From contig JAYVII010000046.1 of NCBI GenBank assembly GCA_043770395.1, positions 1 through 31,468 of the forward strand: 31,468 bases of DNA, read 5' to 3'. Source of the stretch: a bacterium. Lineage in GTDB: Bacteria > Patescibacteriota > Minisyncoccia > Phycocordibacterales > UBA5272. A model generated the notes under the pieces. That model had not been told where the DNA came from, made no database searches, and was given only the letters and a program-made list of their open reading frames with translations. Positions 8,573 to 18,416 of this stretch are shown one piece after another (position 1 is the stretch's first letter; each line of letters begins with the position of its first letter). The translations under genes were made by a program, and so were the position numbers.

Positions 8573-10453
8573 ATGGACAAAGAGGAAAATGACTTGATAA
8601 AAAGGGACGGTGGTATAAAAATTAAAGATAAAATTATATTAGGTGTACATTATGAACATGATGCAACTGTGGTGTTGATCAAGAATGGTGAGATATTGGA
8701 AGCTATGAGTGAAGAGAGGCTTAGTAGACAAAAGAAGCATGCAGGATTTCCACATTTGGCTTTACAGTATATTAAAGATAAATACAAAATAAGTCACTTT
8801 GAAAAAGTGATAGTTGTGGGTGACACCAAACTCTCTTTTGGCACTATTGAATTATCAAAAGATGATAATATGAAAATAAGGAAAAATAAAAGTGCCACCA
8901 AAAGATATTTAAGATCTTTAGGATTTAGGTTCCCCGTTCTAGGTTTACTCTTTTCTTTACGCGATAAAGTTCTAGTATTCAAAAATACTTTTAATAGAAA
9001 AAACAAAACAGAAGAATATTTAAAAAATATATTCCCAAATTCTGAAATAGAATATATTGATCATCATCTAGCCCACGCCTATGCTATTATACCTTTTATG
9101 GATAATCACGAAAAGAGGGTAGTGCTGACATGTGATGGTGCTGGAGACGGAGCCTGTGCCTCAATTAATATATATGAAAATGGTGAGATGAAAGTTATTT
9201 CGCGTACGGAATGGCAAAATTCTCTGGGGCTTTTGTATTGCGCTATTGTAGACCTTTTGGGCATGTCTAGGAATGAACATGAATTCAAAGTTATGGGGCT
9301 GGCACCATATGCCAAGGTCAGTAGCGGAGAAAAGGTGTATGAGAAATTAAAAAGTTTGATACATTTTGATCGTCACAGTATGACATTAAAATCAAAAATA
9401 CCTTTACAGAAAGCTACAGAATATCTAATAGCTAATGAATATTTTAATTACAGATTTGATTCCTTGGCATATGGTATACAAAAGTTAACAGAAGAAATAT
9501 TGGTAGAAATGGTGCAGGTCTCTATAGAAAAGTTTGACTGTAATCAAATAGCCGTAGGAGGAGGCGTCTTTATGAATGTCAAAGCCAATCAAAAAATATT
9601 GGAGCTTGAACAAGTAAAAGATTTTACTGTGACCCCAAGTTGCGGAGATGAATCATTGGCCATAGGAGCCGCTATATATGGGTATATTAAAAATTATAAT
9701 TATCAAGATATAAAGAAGGTAGAGAATATATATTGGGGCAGTGAGTATACAGATGAAGAAATTAAAGAAGCTATAGACAATTATAAGTTTACAGCCAAAA
9801 ATAAAAAAGGAGAGAAAGCTGAAATTAAAATTGAATATATAGGAGAATATAATGCAAATGAATATGACAAAAAGAATAATAACAACAGTATTGGTATTGA
9901 AAAAAATAATATAGAAAAAATAGTAGCAGAACTCTTGTCAAAAAATAATGTAGTAGGACGATTTTCTGATAGAGCAGAATGGGGGGCGAGGGCTCTGGGC
10001 AACAGATCTATATTGGCCAACCCATCGTCCAGAGATAATGTGAAGCTTATTAATGAAATGATAAAGAATAGAGACTTTTGGATGCCATTTGCCACCTCAT
10101 TATTGTATGAATACGCTGATGTTTATTTATATAATCATAAAATGAAGTTGGCTCCGTATATGGCCATTACTTTTGAAAGTAAAGAAAAAGCACATCAAGA
10201 AATAATAGCGGCACTACATCCATATGACCTTACTTCACGGCCACAAACAGTCACCAAAGAAGCCAATCAAAAGTATCACAACTTGATAAATGAATTCAGA
10301 AATATTACGGGTATAGGTGGAGTGCTCAATACCAGTTTCAATTTGCATGGAGAGCCAAATGTAGAAAGCCCATATGACGCCATCAGGACTTTTGATCTTT
10401 CGGGTATGGAATATTTAGCCATAGGCAATTACTTATTATCTAAATATGAATAG
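8573..10453 (+). CDS. Carbamoyltransferase, NodU/CmcH family (start uncertain; 8573 avoids overlap)
   Basis: LGVHYEHDATV, EERLSRQK, DHHLAHA, DGAGD, EFKVMGLAPY, GGVFMNVKAN, EWGARALGNRSILANP, FWMPFA, LNTSFNLHGEP. Confidence 0.95.
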   Translation: MDKEENDLIKRDGGIKIKDKIILGVHYEHDATVVLIKNGEILEAMSEERLSRQKKHAGFPHLALQYIKDKYKISHFEKVIVVGDTKLSFGTIELSKDDNMKIRKNKSATKRYLRSLGFRFPVLGLLFSLRDKVLVFKNTFNRKNKTEEYLKNIFPNSEIEYIDHHLAHAYAIIPFMDNHEKRVVLTCDGAGDGACASINIYENGEMKVISRTEWQNSLGLLYCAIVDLLGMSRNEHEFKVMGLAPYAKVSSGEKVYEKLKSLIHFDRHSMTLKSKIPLQKATEYLIANEYFNYRFDSLAYGIQKLTEEILVEMVQVSIEKFDCNQIAVGGGVFMNVKANQKILELEQVKDFTVTPSCGDESLAIGAAIYGYIKNYNYQDIKKVENIYWGSEYTDEEIKEAIDNYKFTAKNKKGEKAEIKIEYIGEYNANEYDKKNNNNSIGIEKNNIEKIVAELLSKNNVVGRFSDRAEWGARALGNRSILANPSSRDNVKLINEMIKNRDFWMPFATSLLYEYADVYLYNHKMKLAPYMAITFESKEKAHQEIIAALHPYDLTSRPQTVTKEANQKYHNLINEFRNITGIGGVLNTSFNLHGEPNVESPYDAIRTFDLSGMEYLAIGNYLLSKYE

Positions 10454-10483
10454 TCTACTTAAATTAAATATATATAAAATAAA

Positions 10484-11215
10484 ATGATAAACAAAAGCAT
10501 TCACTATATATGGCTTGGAAAAAAGGAAATGCCAAAATCCTATAAAATATCGAGAGAGTCTTTAAAGAAATTTGCAAAAGATTTTGAAGTTAAAGTTTGG
10601 ACAGAAAATGAATTATCAAAGTTTGATCTTCCGATTTATTTTTACAAATTAATGAATGAGAAGAAATTTGCCCTCGCTTCTGATATATATAGAATGCATA
10701 TACTGAATAAATACGGCGGTATATATTTTGACACTGATCAAATATTGATAAATAGTATAGACGATTTATTGGAAAATAAAATGTTCATATCACGATATCA
10801 TGAAGTAAGTGATTATTATGGATTTGGTCTTTTGGGTGTAGTCCCAAAGCATATATTTTTAGAAAAAATGATAGATTATTATAATAATATAGATACAGAT
10901 AAATATATTATAATAAATAAAATAGGTAGTGAAATTATAAATTACATGTTGCATGTTAAAGACGGTATAGAAAACAAAAAAGAAGTAAAAATAAATAACG
11001 AAATAAAAATATTAGATCAAGAATATTTTTATCCTCTTACAGAAAATGATTATAGAAAAAATACTAGGAGTTATCACATGGCCAATACTTCCTGGATACC
11101 GTGGTATAGAAAAGCCTTATATAATATGCCTTTTTACACACAAATCAAGAATTTTATAAAGTCTATTTTACCAAATAGTTTAAAGAAAAAGATTTTTAAA
11201 ATAGAATATTTGTAA
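10484..11215 (+). CDS. Glycosyltransferase family 32 (DXD sugar-binding, Och1-like)
   Basis: INKSIHYIWLG, ALASDIYRMHILNKYGGIYFDTD, YFYP, SYHMANTSW. Confidence 0.92.
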   Translation: MINKSIHYIWLGKKEMPKSYKISRESLKKFAKDFEVKVWTENELSKFDLPIYFYKLMNEKKFALASDIYRMHILNKYGGIYFDTDQILINSIDDLLENKMFISRYHEVSDYYGFGLLGVVPKHIFLEKMIDYYNNIDTDKYIIINKIGSEIINYMLHVKDGIENKKEVKINNEIKILDQEYFYPLTENDYRKNTRSYHMANTSWIPWYRKALYNMPFYTQIKNFIKSILPNSLKKKIFKIEYL

Positions 11216-11219
11216 TGCT

Positions 11220-12131
11220 TTAAGTTCTTACGGGTGTTTCTTCTATAAAGTCAACTTCCAATATACTCGACCCGAAGCTTTCTCTTTTTTGATATACACA
11301 TAGCGGAGCGTAAGCGTAGAATTTCATACCCAATTGTTTACGGGCCTCGTCCGGTACGCGATCAGCAGGATAGACTATAGGTGTATTCATCTTGTATAAT
11401 AGCTCGGCGGCATGTCTTGTTATTAAATATGCGCCAGCCAAATATAAAGGTCTATAGAATGGTACAGCTTGCCCACTAGATTTTTTTAAATTTGTTTTGT
11501 TAGAATAGTATTTGTTCCTGAGAAATTCAAATACAGCAAGAGGTAACATATAGCAAGCTTTTATGAAAGAATAAATTATGAATTTTACTTTTTTATATAA
11601 ATTATTTTTATTTAATAATTTATAATTAAGGAATAGAGAATTAATCCAGTGATAAATAAAAAACTTACCGGGTCTTGGATAATCAAAAAGTAAATAGTCC
11701 CAAATAAGCTTGTTTTTAAGGTTCTTTTGAACTTCGTTAAGCTCTATTTGTTTTTCAATTATTTGTTTAAAGTTTTTGGGTAAACATACATCGTCTTCTA
11801 ATATTAGAGTGTAATTATTTTTATTTTCTAATATTTTCTCGTAACACAGCTTGTGGCTTTTTGCACAGCCAAGCTCACCTGGGACTAGCAGCTTTCCGTT
11901 TTGCTTTATAGCTAGCGCTTCATTATATTCTTCAGCAAAGTTATATTCTTTACCATATATAGCTGGCACTCTTTCAAAATCCATATCTAGCTCTTGCATT
12001 TGTTTATTCATAAACTCCATACGCTCTTTATCCTTGTCTAGATTTATTATATAGACTTTGAATGACTGTTCATGTTTGATATCGTAATTGTCTCCATCAA
12101 CTTTTTTATTATTTATATTTTCTTTTTGCAT
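11220..12131 (-). CDS. Glycosyltransferase family 25
   Basis: VYIINLDKDKERMEFM, ERVPAIYG, GELGCAKSH, LILEDD, AGAYLIT, PAD. Confidence 0.92.
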   Translation of the reverse strand: MQKENINNKKVDGDNYDIKHEQSFKVYIINLDKDKERMEFMNKQMQELDMDFERVPAIYGKEYNFAEEYNEALAIKQNGKLLVPGELGCAKSHKLCYEKILENKNNYTLILEDDVCLPKNFKQIIEKQIELNEVQKNLKNKLIWDYLLFDYPRPGKFFIYHWINSLFLNYKLLNKNNLYKKVKFIIYSFIKACYMLPLAVFEFLRNKYYSNKTNLKKSSGQAVPFYRPLYLAGAYLITRHAAELLYKMNTPIVYPADRVPDEARKQLGMKFYAYAPLCVYQKRESFGSSILEVDFIEETPVRT

Positions 12132-12856
12132 ATTTTTAAACGTAAAGTAAATAATATAATCACATTATAAATAGTTTCTTTTATCTTATTAAATTTATTT
12201 TGATGTTTTAAATTTTGAGTTAAACCTAAATCTTGATATCCAGATGTGATAGTTGTATTTAAATTTCTATAAATAAAAGTTGGACATAATTGCGCAAAGT
12301 AATACCACTCCTTACCATTTTTTATTTTTTTATTGAAATGCGCTTGTTTTGCCATATTACTTTCTACTATATGTGTAGCGTCACCATAAAATCTTTTGAA
12401 TATCATACAATCCCAAAAATAGTTTATAAGCGAGCTGCCCTTGTTATTTGTAGTTATTACTTTGCCACTATCATAAACACGGTTGGTTACAAGCCATTTA
12501 ATCATTAACTTGTAAGATGATAATGATGTATATATTTCACTCAGAGCCTTGGAGGCCAACCAGTCGTCATCATCTAGAAATATAACGTAGTTACCAGTTA
12601 CTTTTGTCAAAGCTAAATTACAAGAATAATTTTTACCTTTATTTTCTTTATTTTTAATGTAAATTATTTTTTCTTCTGTAATAGCTTTTATAATATCTTT
12701 ATCATTTTCAAATAGAGAGTAATCGCAATCTGGTGAGTCGTTAATGATTATCATTTCAACTTGAAACCCAAATGAAGTTTGACTTAAAACAGAATTAACA
12801 CACCTCGATAATTGCTCTGGCCTTTTATGTGTAGGAGTAATGATAGAGAATTTCAT
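12113..12856 (-). CDS. Glycosyltransferase family 2
   Basis: FSIITPTHKRPEQLSRCVNSVLSQ, IIINDSPD, GNYVIFLDDDD. Confidence 0.9.
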   Translation of the reverse strand: MKFSIITPTHKRPEQLSRCVNSVLSQTSFGFQVEMIIINDSPDCDYSLFENDKDIIKAITEEKIIYIKNKENKGKNYSCNLALTKVTGNYVIFLDDDDWLASKALSEIYTSLSSYKLMIKWLVTNRVYDSGKVITTNNKGSSLINYFWDCMIFKRFYGDATHIVESNMAKQAHFNKKIKNGKEWYYFAQLCPTFIYRNLNTTITSGYQDLGLTQNLKHQNKFNKIKETIYNVIILFTLRLKICKKKI

Positions 12857-12862
12857 TTTTTA

Positions 12863-12871
12863 ATTATAGCA
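12863..12871 (-). promoter_or_regulatory. Extended -10 (TGcTATAAT) 6 nt before the GT2 ATG
   Basis: TGCTATAAT-taaaaa-ATG(12856). Confidence 0.6.
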
Positions 12872-12885
12872 TAGATACAACCCCT

Positions 12886-14133
12886 TCATCGCTTCGCGGA
12901 GCTTCCCCAAGGAAGCATTAAATACATTCGTGTTATATATTTCCTCATGTCTTTATCTAGTACGCCCACATAAATCGCTATCAATACAATTACTATGGTA
13001 ATAGATACAGAATATATATCTATTACACCAAAGTCAGTATATAGCTCTATGATCATAGACCCCATGCGCTGATGCATGAGATATAATGGGTAGGTGGCCA
13101 GTCCTAATATTTGTAAATATTTTATCAAGGTTTTGTTCTCTATATATAGAGATAAAAAAGTAAATAAAGTCGCTATGGCAAATATATAATATATCAATGT
13201 TTGATTGAGTCCATTAAATATACCAAATTTATTTGTCATTACACGTGCTTCGTTGATTGCTATCAAGTGATTACTAATATATTTTGTCATGTATATACTT
13301 GCGATCATTAAACATATTGGTAAAAAAAAGCCTTCTAATACTCTTATCTTATTCTTTATTTCTAGAAAGTTAAAAAGAGAAGCTTTTTTGCTTAAAGTAA
13401 AATAACTTTTTGTTAAATTAAATAAATGTTGTCTTTTTTCTTTTACAAAATAATTAAAATTTAATATATACTGTATCAGTATGGCGAGCGTGCCCCCATA
13501 TACGAAATAGGGAGCATATCTGACAAGTAATAATTTACTTATTAATAATTCACTAAAGCCAAAAGTATAAGATATAAAAGAATAGCCAAGCCAAAGAGCA
13601 AAGAAATAAATAATATTTTTACGTCCAGCCACATAAGCAAATAATCCTATATAAATATAAAATAGTATTTCTATAGTCAATGTCCAATATGAGCCATCTA
13701 TCATATTGGCCGTCTGCCCATTATTAATTATAAATAAATTTAATAAATATTTGTAAAAAGGTAAATGAGATGACGCCATAAATATAGTCATAATATAAGT
13801 GATAGTACAAAGTATCCAAAATAATGGGTATAATCTTATAAATCTACTCCAAACATAAGCTTTGATATCTAGTTTATCTATAGTATTGCCATTTGTATCT
13901 TTTTTATTTTTTAAGCTATTGTAAATTACAAATCCACTAATTATAAAAAATAACTCCACTCCTAAATAACCATGATTAACCAATGTATATAACAAAATTT
14001 GTAAATTATGCAAAATAGAGTCAGGTGGTATATTTATATTTTGCAGGCTTCCAGAATAATAATGAAAGAGCATTACGAATACAGCAGCCAAGAAACGCAA
14101 CACATCCAACAGAGAATAATATTTTATATTCAT
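12886..14133 (-). CDS. Acyltransferase family 3 (OafA/YrhL-like membrane O-acyltransferase)
   Basis: LDVLRFLAAVFVMLFHY, GYLGVELFFIISGFVI, RFIRLYP, WTLTIE, TYPLYLMH; about 10 TM segments. Confidence 0.92.
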   Translation of the reverse strand: MNIKYYSLLDVLRFLAAVFVMLFHYYSGSLQNINIPPDSILHNLQILLYTLVNHGYLGVELFFIISGFVIYNSLKNKKDTNGNTIDKLDIKAYVWSRFIRLYPLFWILCTITYIMTIFMASSHLPFYKYLLNLFIINNGQTANMIDGSYWTLTIEILFYIYIGLFAYVAGRKNIIYFFALWLGYSFISYTFGFSELLISKLLLVRYAPYFVYGGTLAILIQYILNFNYFVKEKRQHLFNLTKSYFTLSKKASLFNFLEIKNKIRVLEGFFLPICLMIASIYMTKYISNHLIAINEARVMTNKFGIFNGLNQTLIYYIFAIATLFTFLSLYIENKTLIKYLQILGLATYPLYLMHQRMGSMIIELYTDFGVIDIYSVSITIVIVLIAIYVGVLDKDMRKYITRMYLMLPWGSSAKR

Positions 14134-14136
14134 AAT

Positions 14137-14955
14137 TTAATTTAAATTTTTTAAATGATATATATTTATCTCTCCTTCCATCTTATTTTTATATATATTT
14201 TTTCTTTTAATTATTAAATTAATTGTAAAAGATATCAGAGAAATACATATTATAAATAACTTTTTTATTGATGAAGATTCTCTGATGCGAGCTAACCATA
14301 TGTTTCTATTATTGTAAATATGCAAGAGCTTAATTTTGCTAAGCTCTAAATTAAGCTTGAATATATGGCTAAATACAGGACTGATATGCCCAGTACCACG
14401 CATTTCAGCTATGCCAAAATATTCTAAAAATCCAGTCAGTAAAAATCTTATACGAGAAAAAGTACTCTCTACATTAGGGCTAGTAATTATGGCTTGACCA
14501 TTATATCCAAGTATGGACTTTATTTCACGTATCAGCATGAAGCTATTTTCTAAATGTTCTATGACTTCTATAGCAATGATAAGGTCATATTTGCGATTGT
14601 TATTTTGAGTTAATAATTTATTAGACCAAATGTTGTTGAGGTCATAAGAGTAAAGTCTTGTACCTTTGACTTTGTAATGCTCTGGCAAATATTCTATAGC
14701 ATCAATATTTTTAATACCATAATCCAGCAATCTCTTGTCAAAATATCCGCTACCAGCACCCAAGACAAGCACATCCAAGGCTTTGCCTTTATTGTGTTCT
14801 TTAATTATACTTTCACATAAATTAAAAACAGTGTCATGCACTAGTGGTGCAGCAAAGGCGTCTAATTGTTTTTCGCCAGAATCATGCTCTTTTCTTGATA
14901 GATTAACGCCTTGATTGCCTGTATGATTTTGGTTTTGTAAATTCTTTAATGACAT
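14137..14955 (-). CDS. Class I SAM-dependent methyltransferase
   Basis: VLVLGAGSGYF, YDLIIAIEVIEHLEN, IITSPN. Confidence 0.88.
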   Translation of the reverse strand: MSLKNLQNQNHTGNQGVNLSRKEHDSGEKQLDAFAAPLVHDTVFNLCESIIKEHNKGKALDVLVLGAGSGYFDKRLLDYGIKNIDAIEYLPEHYKVKGTRLYSYDLNNIWSNKLLTQNNNRKYDLIIAIEVIEHLENSFMLIREIKSILGYNGQAIITSPNVESTFSRIRFLLTGFLEYFGIAEMRGTGHISPVFSHIFKLNLELSKIKLLHIYNNRNIWLARIRESSSIKKLFIICISLISFTINLIIKRKNIYKNKMEGEINIYHLKNLN

Positions 14956-14967
14956 ATTTATTGATGT

Positions 14968-14993
14968 ATTATAGCATATTTTTATGTTATAAT
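14968..14993. promoter_or_regulatory. Back-to-back divergent extended -10 boxes
   Basis: Minus TGCTATAAT (14968-14976, 12 nt to ATG 14955); plus TGTTATAAT (14985-14993, 7 nt to ATG 15001). Confidence 0.6.
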
Positions 14994-15000
14994 TAATCTC

Positions 15001-16035
15001 ATGTTACTTAAGCTTAAAAACTATATAAAACATAAAACGCCTCGTGTTTATGACAAGTTTAGAAATATTTGTTTTCCTGTGTATCTTAATTTAAGAAATA
15101 GTAAAGTAAAAAACTTTGATAGAAAAGTTAAAAATATAAAGTTTGCTGGAGTTAAATATAAATTAGTACTCAATAAAGACAATGGCTTTGTCGATGAAGA
15201 AATATATTGGAAGGGTGTGTATGAAGAGGAGGTGATGTTGGCTTTACAAAAAGAAATAATGTCTTGTATTTCTCCCCTCCCTAAATCTTGGGGAGAGGTC
15301 GTTTTTCTAGACATAGGTAGTAACATAGGACAAGAATTGATTTTTGCCGGAGCCGCGGCAAGAGATATTTTAAATAAAAATAATATTTCTTTTAAAGCTA
15401 TAGGATTTGAACCTATTAAAAGTTTGTATGAGCAAGTCAAAGAAAGTATACAAATAAATAACTTTAAACAATTTGGCAATACTACGGATATCAACAAAGA
15501 AAATATTTTTGTTGATATTAAAAACTTTGCTCTAGGAGACAAAGACGAAGAGTTAATTTTAAAAAGCCCCATTATAAATGTGGGAGGATCATCACTGGTG
15601 CGTAATGAAAATAATACAGTGGGTGAGATTAGGGAAGAAAAAATAATAGTTAAGAGAGGAGATGGTATAGTTTTTAATATTTTAAATGAAATAAATTTAG
15701 AAAACAAAGAAGAAAAAAGTATAAAACTTATAATCAAAATAGACGTAGAGGGCTTTGAATATGAAGTTATGAAAGGATTGTCAGAAACTATAAAGAAATA
15801 TAAACCTATAATAATAATAGAATATTCTCCTACTTTTTATATTAGAAATAGTGCCATGGGAGATAGATCAAAAATTGGAATTGAACTTTTACAGATACTA
15901 AAAGAAGAAAGTTATATTATGGAAATAATAGATATAGGAGAATACAAAAATAAAATTTACAAAGGGGAAGAAATAATTAATTGGGGTAGAGACTTCAGGG
16001 GCGAGCAAGCTAATTTACTTTTGTACAAAATTTAA
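15001..16035 (+). CDS. FkbM-family SAM methyltransferase (second copy)
   Basis: FLDIGSNIG, GFEP, NFALG, IKIDVEGFEYEVMKG, KPIIIIEY. Confidence 0.92.
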   Translation: MLLKLKNYIKHKTPRVYDKFRNICFPVYLNLRNSKVKNFDRKVKNIKFAGVKYKLVLNKDNGFVDEEIYWKGVYEEEVMLALQKEIMSCISPLPKSWGEVVFLDIGSNIGQELIFAGAAARDILNKNNISFKAIGFEPIKSLYEQVKESIQINNFKQFGNTTDINKENIFVDIKNFALGDKDEELILKSPIINVGGSSLVRNENNTVGEIREEKIIVKRGDGIVFNILNEINLENKEEKSIKLIIKIDVEGFEYEVMKGLSETIKKYKPIIIIEYSPTFYIRNSAMGDRSKIGIELLQILKEESYIMEIIDIGEYKNKIYKGEEIINWGRDFRGEQANLLLYKI

Positions 16036-16106
16036 TTTTTTATATAAATAATTTTTATTTAGTTTATAGAAATTAAGGTCTATATTTTATTTATAATATT
16101 TATATT

Positions 16107-17486
16107 CTATATAACTGTAATTTCATTATTTTTTCTATGTCTGTGTTCCATAATAAAGGCTATTAATATAGATAATATACCAACTAAAGTATAAGTAGTA
16201 GTGGAAGCAATTGCGGCACCATATAGACCATATACAGGTATAAACAACTTACATAATAAATATAAAATAACAGCTCCAAATATACTGGAGTAGAGTATAT
16301 AATATTCTTTCCTATGTGTCATAAATATCATAGCAGAAAAGTTATTTATAAATATACCTAATAGACCGAAGGAGTACAAAGCTAAAATAGTATTAACACC
16401 TTCAAATTGTGAACCATAAATTAAATTAGTTATATAATATCCTCCTAAATTAAAAATTAAAATAAAGAATAAGGCAGATATAATACCAGAGACATATCCC
16501 AACATTATAGAAGTGTAGCGTATGCGAGACCTCACGCCGAGTGCTAAATGTATAACTAATATGTTACCAATAATACCAGATATGATTACAGGATATTCTG
16601 CCAGGCGCATAGCAGCACTGTATATACCTAGATCATGATTATCCACATAGAATTTGAGCATAAATAAATCAGCACGGCTAGCAAGTAGAGAAAATATGTA
16701 TATACCTAAATAATATTTAGCTTGAAAGATTATAGAAAGTGTATTTCTTACTTCTTGTTTTATTTTATTAAAAACACTCGATATATTTTTTATTAATATT
16801 GTTTTTATTTGCAAAATTTCTGTTAATTTTGTTTCAAATAAACCCTTACTTTTTAATAATTTAAAGTTGTTAAAAATAAATAAAGAGAAAATAAACATTG
16901 GCTCTAATAATATTATGATTAGGAATAGCATGGCTGGAGCTTTATAATAGACGGCAAGTAATCTAGAAAGTAATATTAATAAAGAAATTACAATGGCACC
17001 TCTATTTACTGATGGCAACAATCTATTAGCCAAGGCATAGGCGTTGTATTGAGTAAAGAATGTAACAGAAATAGAAGACAATAATATGGCACATATATAC
17101 ATAGACAATTCAAAAGGATTGTCACTTTTGAATATTGTTAAAGGTAATATAATACATAAAGCTAATACTGTAATTATAATTTTTGCTTTACTTACTTTTA
17201 AAAATATACTTTTAACTTTTTCTTCGTCATGATTATTTCTCATCATTTCATAAGTCGACCAAGTATCTATGCCAGAATTGATAAACACAGTCATACTGGC
17301 CAAATATTGAGCATAAGAAATTATACCCAAATTAGCAGGGCCTAGATATTTAGCAATAAAAAATAATGATACTAAAGAATTAACTTGTGATATTAATTGT
17401 AGACCTACATAAGACTTTAATAAATTAAAGCTATAGCTAGAAAATATTCTTTTGAATGAAAATTGTTTTATTTTAGAAAATATCAT
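16107..17486 (-). CDS. Wzx/MOP-family oligosaccharide flippase
   Basis: IAKYLGPANLGIISYA, ADLFMLKFY, LGIYSAAMRL, YGLYGAAIAS; many TM segments. Confidence 0.9.
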   Translation of the reverse strand: MIFSKIKQFSFKRIFSSYSFNLLKSYVGLQLISQVNSLVSLFFIAKYLGPANLGIISYAQYLASMTVFINSGIDTWSTYEMMRNNHDEEKVKSIFLKVSKAKIIITVLALCIILPLTIFKSDNPFELSMYICAILLSSISVTFFTQYNAYALANRLLPSVNRGAIVISLLILLSRLLAVYYKAPAMLFLIIILLEPMFIFSLFIFNNFKLLKSKGLFETKLTEILQIKTILIKNISSVFNKIKQEVRNTLSIIFQAKYYLGIYIFSLLASRADLFMLKFYVDNHDLGIYSAAMRLAEYPVIISGIIGNILVIHLALGVRSRIRYTSIMLGYVSGIISALFFILIFNLGGYYITNLIYGSQFEGVNTILALYSFGLLGIFINNFSAMIFMTHRKEYYILYSSIFGAVILYLLCKLFIPVYGLYGAAIASTTTYTLVGILSILIAFIMEHRHRKNNEITVI

Positions 17487-17503
17487 TATATTGTTATATT
17501 AGC

Positions 17504-17542
17504 ACACACAAGGCCAGTCGCGAAGCGACTGGCCTTGTGTGT
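17504..17542 (+). repeat. Perfect 18-bp inverted repeat with GAA triloop (intergenic)
   Basis: acacacaaggccagtcgc-GAA-gcgactggccttgtgtgt, directly after the GT32 stop (17543); no U tract in the direction of transcription. Confidence 0.9.
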
Positions 17543-18280
17543 TTAATTCAACCTCATCCTCCTCAATATATTTATAATAAAAGGACGGAGGCCTTTGGGT
17601 ATGATGGCTTTGCCTAGTTTTACAATTTGTAATTTATTCATGATACGCATGAAAGGCGTCTGCCAAGAATAATTCCAAAGGTGCACAGAGTAACTATTGT
17701 CAGTTATAAATTTCTTATAATCTTCTTTTTTATTTGCGGCGGGTAGAGGATAAAAGTACTCAGAGCTATAAATAACTAATTCGTCTTGGGGTATTTCTTT
17801 GGAAAGCCTTGTAACTATTTTTGGTATTTCAATTACTACATTCATATTATTATTTTTGTAATGTTCTGAATAAAATTCATAAAGCTTTTTTATAAAGTCA
17901 TTGTTTTTATTACAAGCAATAATGCCACAGCTAATATGTTCTTTGTCTTCCATTCCCCATAGGGAGATATCGCCATTATTTTTTGTGAAAAGTGGAGTAG
18001 GGTCACGGAGTATTAGCATGTCAGTGTCGAGATATACTCCACCGTATTCATATAGTTTTTGAAACCTCACTACGTCAGCCACATAGGCCCATCTTTTATT
18101 TTTATAAGCATGACGCGCAAATGGTGGTAAAGTATTTATGTCTATATTATTTTCATTCCAACACATTATTTCATATTGAGGCATCTTTGCTCGCCAACTA
18201 TTTATGGCTAGCCTTCTGGCGCGATCACTCATTATGTCATTAGGTCCAAACCAACAATAATGTATAATCTGCGGTATCAT
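17543..18280 (-). CDS. Glycosyltransferase family 32 (second copy; start revised from 18346 to 18280)
   Basis: MIPQIIHYCWFG, AYVADVVRFQKLYEYGGVYLDTD, YFYP, YSVHLWNYSW; TATAAT lies 6 nt before ATG 18280. Confidence 0.93.
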   Translation of the reverse strand: MIPQIIHYCWFGPNDIMSDRARRLAINSWRAKMPQYEIMCWNENNIDINTLPPFARHAYKNKRWAYVADVVRFQKLYEYGGVYLDTDMLILRDPTPLFTKNNGDISLWGMEDKEHISCGIIACNKNNDFIKKLYEFYSEHYKNNNMNVVIEIPKIVTRLSKEIPQDELVIYSSEYFYPLPAANKKEDYKKFITDNSYSVHLWNYSWQTPFMRIMNKLQIVKLGKAIIPKGLRPFIINILRRMRLN

Positions 18281-18400
18281 CACTTGATTATATAATATTA
18301 GTATTTTATGTGCAATATGTATGTTGGCTAATGCATGTGTACGCATAATATTCTGAGGTTATGAAATTGTGTATTACTTTACTAAAAATAGGGAAACAGG

Positions 18401-18409
18401 TGGTATAAT
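18401..18409 (+). promoter_or_regulatory. Extended -10 (TGgTATAAT) 7 nt before the AAA ATPase ATG
   Basis: TGGTATAAT-tggatat-ATG(18417). Confidence 0.6.
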
Positions 18410-18416
18410 TGGATAT

